Assembly (NCBI GenBank): GCA_003344405.1
Contig: NOWV01000310.1
Location: 1 to 53,905, forward strand
Source: Trichoplax sp. H2
Lineage: Eukaryota
Length of the DNA: 53,905 bases
Direction: 5' to 3'
In this document: positions 53,301-53,905 of the stretch, in pieces
Numbering within the stretch: the first letter of the stretch is position 1
Layout of the letters: every line of letters starts with the position of its first letter
Program-made: the position numbers and the translations under genes
Notes under the pieces: generated by a model
Databases searched by the model: none
What the model was told of the DNA's origin: nothing
Seen by the model: only the letters and a program-made list of their open reading frames with translations

Positions 53301-53905
53301 GTGCTCGGTGTAGGAGTTGGAGTTGTTGTTGGTTTACTCGTGCTCGGTGTCGGAGTTGGAGTAGTTGTTGGCTTACTCGTACTCGGTGTAGGTGTTGGAG
53401 TTGTTGTAGGCTTACTCGTACTCGGTGTAGGAGTTGGAGTTGTTGTAGGTTTGCTCGTACTCGGTGTAGGAGTTGGAGTAGTCGTTGGCTTACTTGTACT
53501 CGGTGTCGGAGTTGTTGTAGGCTTACTTGTACTCGGTGTCGGAGTTGGAGTAGTTGTTGGCTTACTCGTACTCGGTGTAGGTGTTGGAGTTGTTGTTGGC
53601 TTACTTGTACTCGGTGTCGAAGTTGGAGTAGTTGTTGGCTTACTCGTACTAGGTGTAGGAGTTGGAGTAGTTGTTGGCTTACTCGTACTAGGTGTAGGAG
53701 TTGGAGTTGTTGTAGGCTTACTTGTACTCGGTGTAGGTGTTGGAGTTGTTGTTGGCTTACTTGTACTCGGTGAAGGAGTTGGAGTTGTTGTAGGTTTACT
53801 CGTGCTCGGTGTAGGTGTTGGAGTAGTTGTTGGCTTACTTGTACTCGGTGTAGGAGTTGTTGTTGGCTTACTTGTACTGGGTGTAGGTGTTGGAGTTGTT
53901 GTAGG
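47304..53905 (-). CDS. SSPO: SCO-spondin-like / gel-forming mucin-like secreted glycoprotein, 3' part (PTS repeat, 13 TSP1, ~6 TIL, VWC-like modules, 1 kringle, C-terminal cystine knot); 5' end lies beyond the window
   Basis: Exons: >53905-50035, 49895-~48822, ~48653-48484, ~48369-48152, ~48091-47998, ~47892-47830, ~47618-47304. TSP1 repeats of the WSxWSxCSxTCGxG..R.R.C type; TIL modules (CGTPCPATCSNP..C...CTPGCRCP); kringle NYCRNPD...GPWCYT; CTCK domain YCEGVCAS...CKCCK...CSC. The symbol indicates similarity of domain architecture, not proven orthology. Confidence 0.8.
53130..53905 (-). repeat. Coding minisatellite: mucin-type PTS repeat PTTTPTPTPSTSK (39-nt unit, some 33-nt variants), about 20 copies visible and continuing past the edge
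   Basis: Plus strand shows recurring GGCTTACT(C/T)GTACTCGGTGTAGG(A/T)GTTGGAGT(A/T)GTTGT(A/T). It is in frame with the downstream cysteine-rich ORF, with no stop codon between them. Confidence 0.95.

Overview
AT-rich, intron-dense eukaryotic (animal) genomic DNA. Short GT-AG introns, compact gene spacing and a 42-aa 'GKHEEAISMYEKSLKIRLSVLGHNHPDVA' TPR family suggest a placozoan (Trichoplax-like) genome; this is an inference. From left to right: the first coding exon of an unidentified minus-strand gene; a 3-copy ~185-bp tandem repeat; a complete NEK10 kinase gene (+, about 39 exons); a convergent RBMS/shep two-RRM gene (-) with a probable long spliced 5' leader inside a ~15-kb coding-poor region; a mostly disordered protein (-) whose short conserved motifs match vertebrate tastin/TROAP; a decayed TPR-repeat pseudogene (-); an intronless Sel1-repeat gene with an N-myristoylation motif (-); and the 3' part of a very large secreted SCO-spondin/mucin hybrid (-) with a PTS tandem repeat, 13 TSP1 repeats, TIL and VWC-like modules, a kringle and a C-terminal cystine knot. 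Highlights: the candidate tastin homolog, NEK10-RBMS linkage also seen on human 3p24, the kringle-bearing mucin, and a strong excess of TACWGTA heptamers resembling Tc1 footprints in non-coding DNA. All homology calls rest on motif recognition from memory, not database searches, and exon boundaries were assembled by eye.
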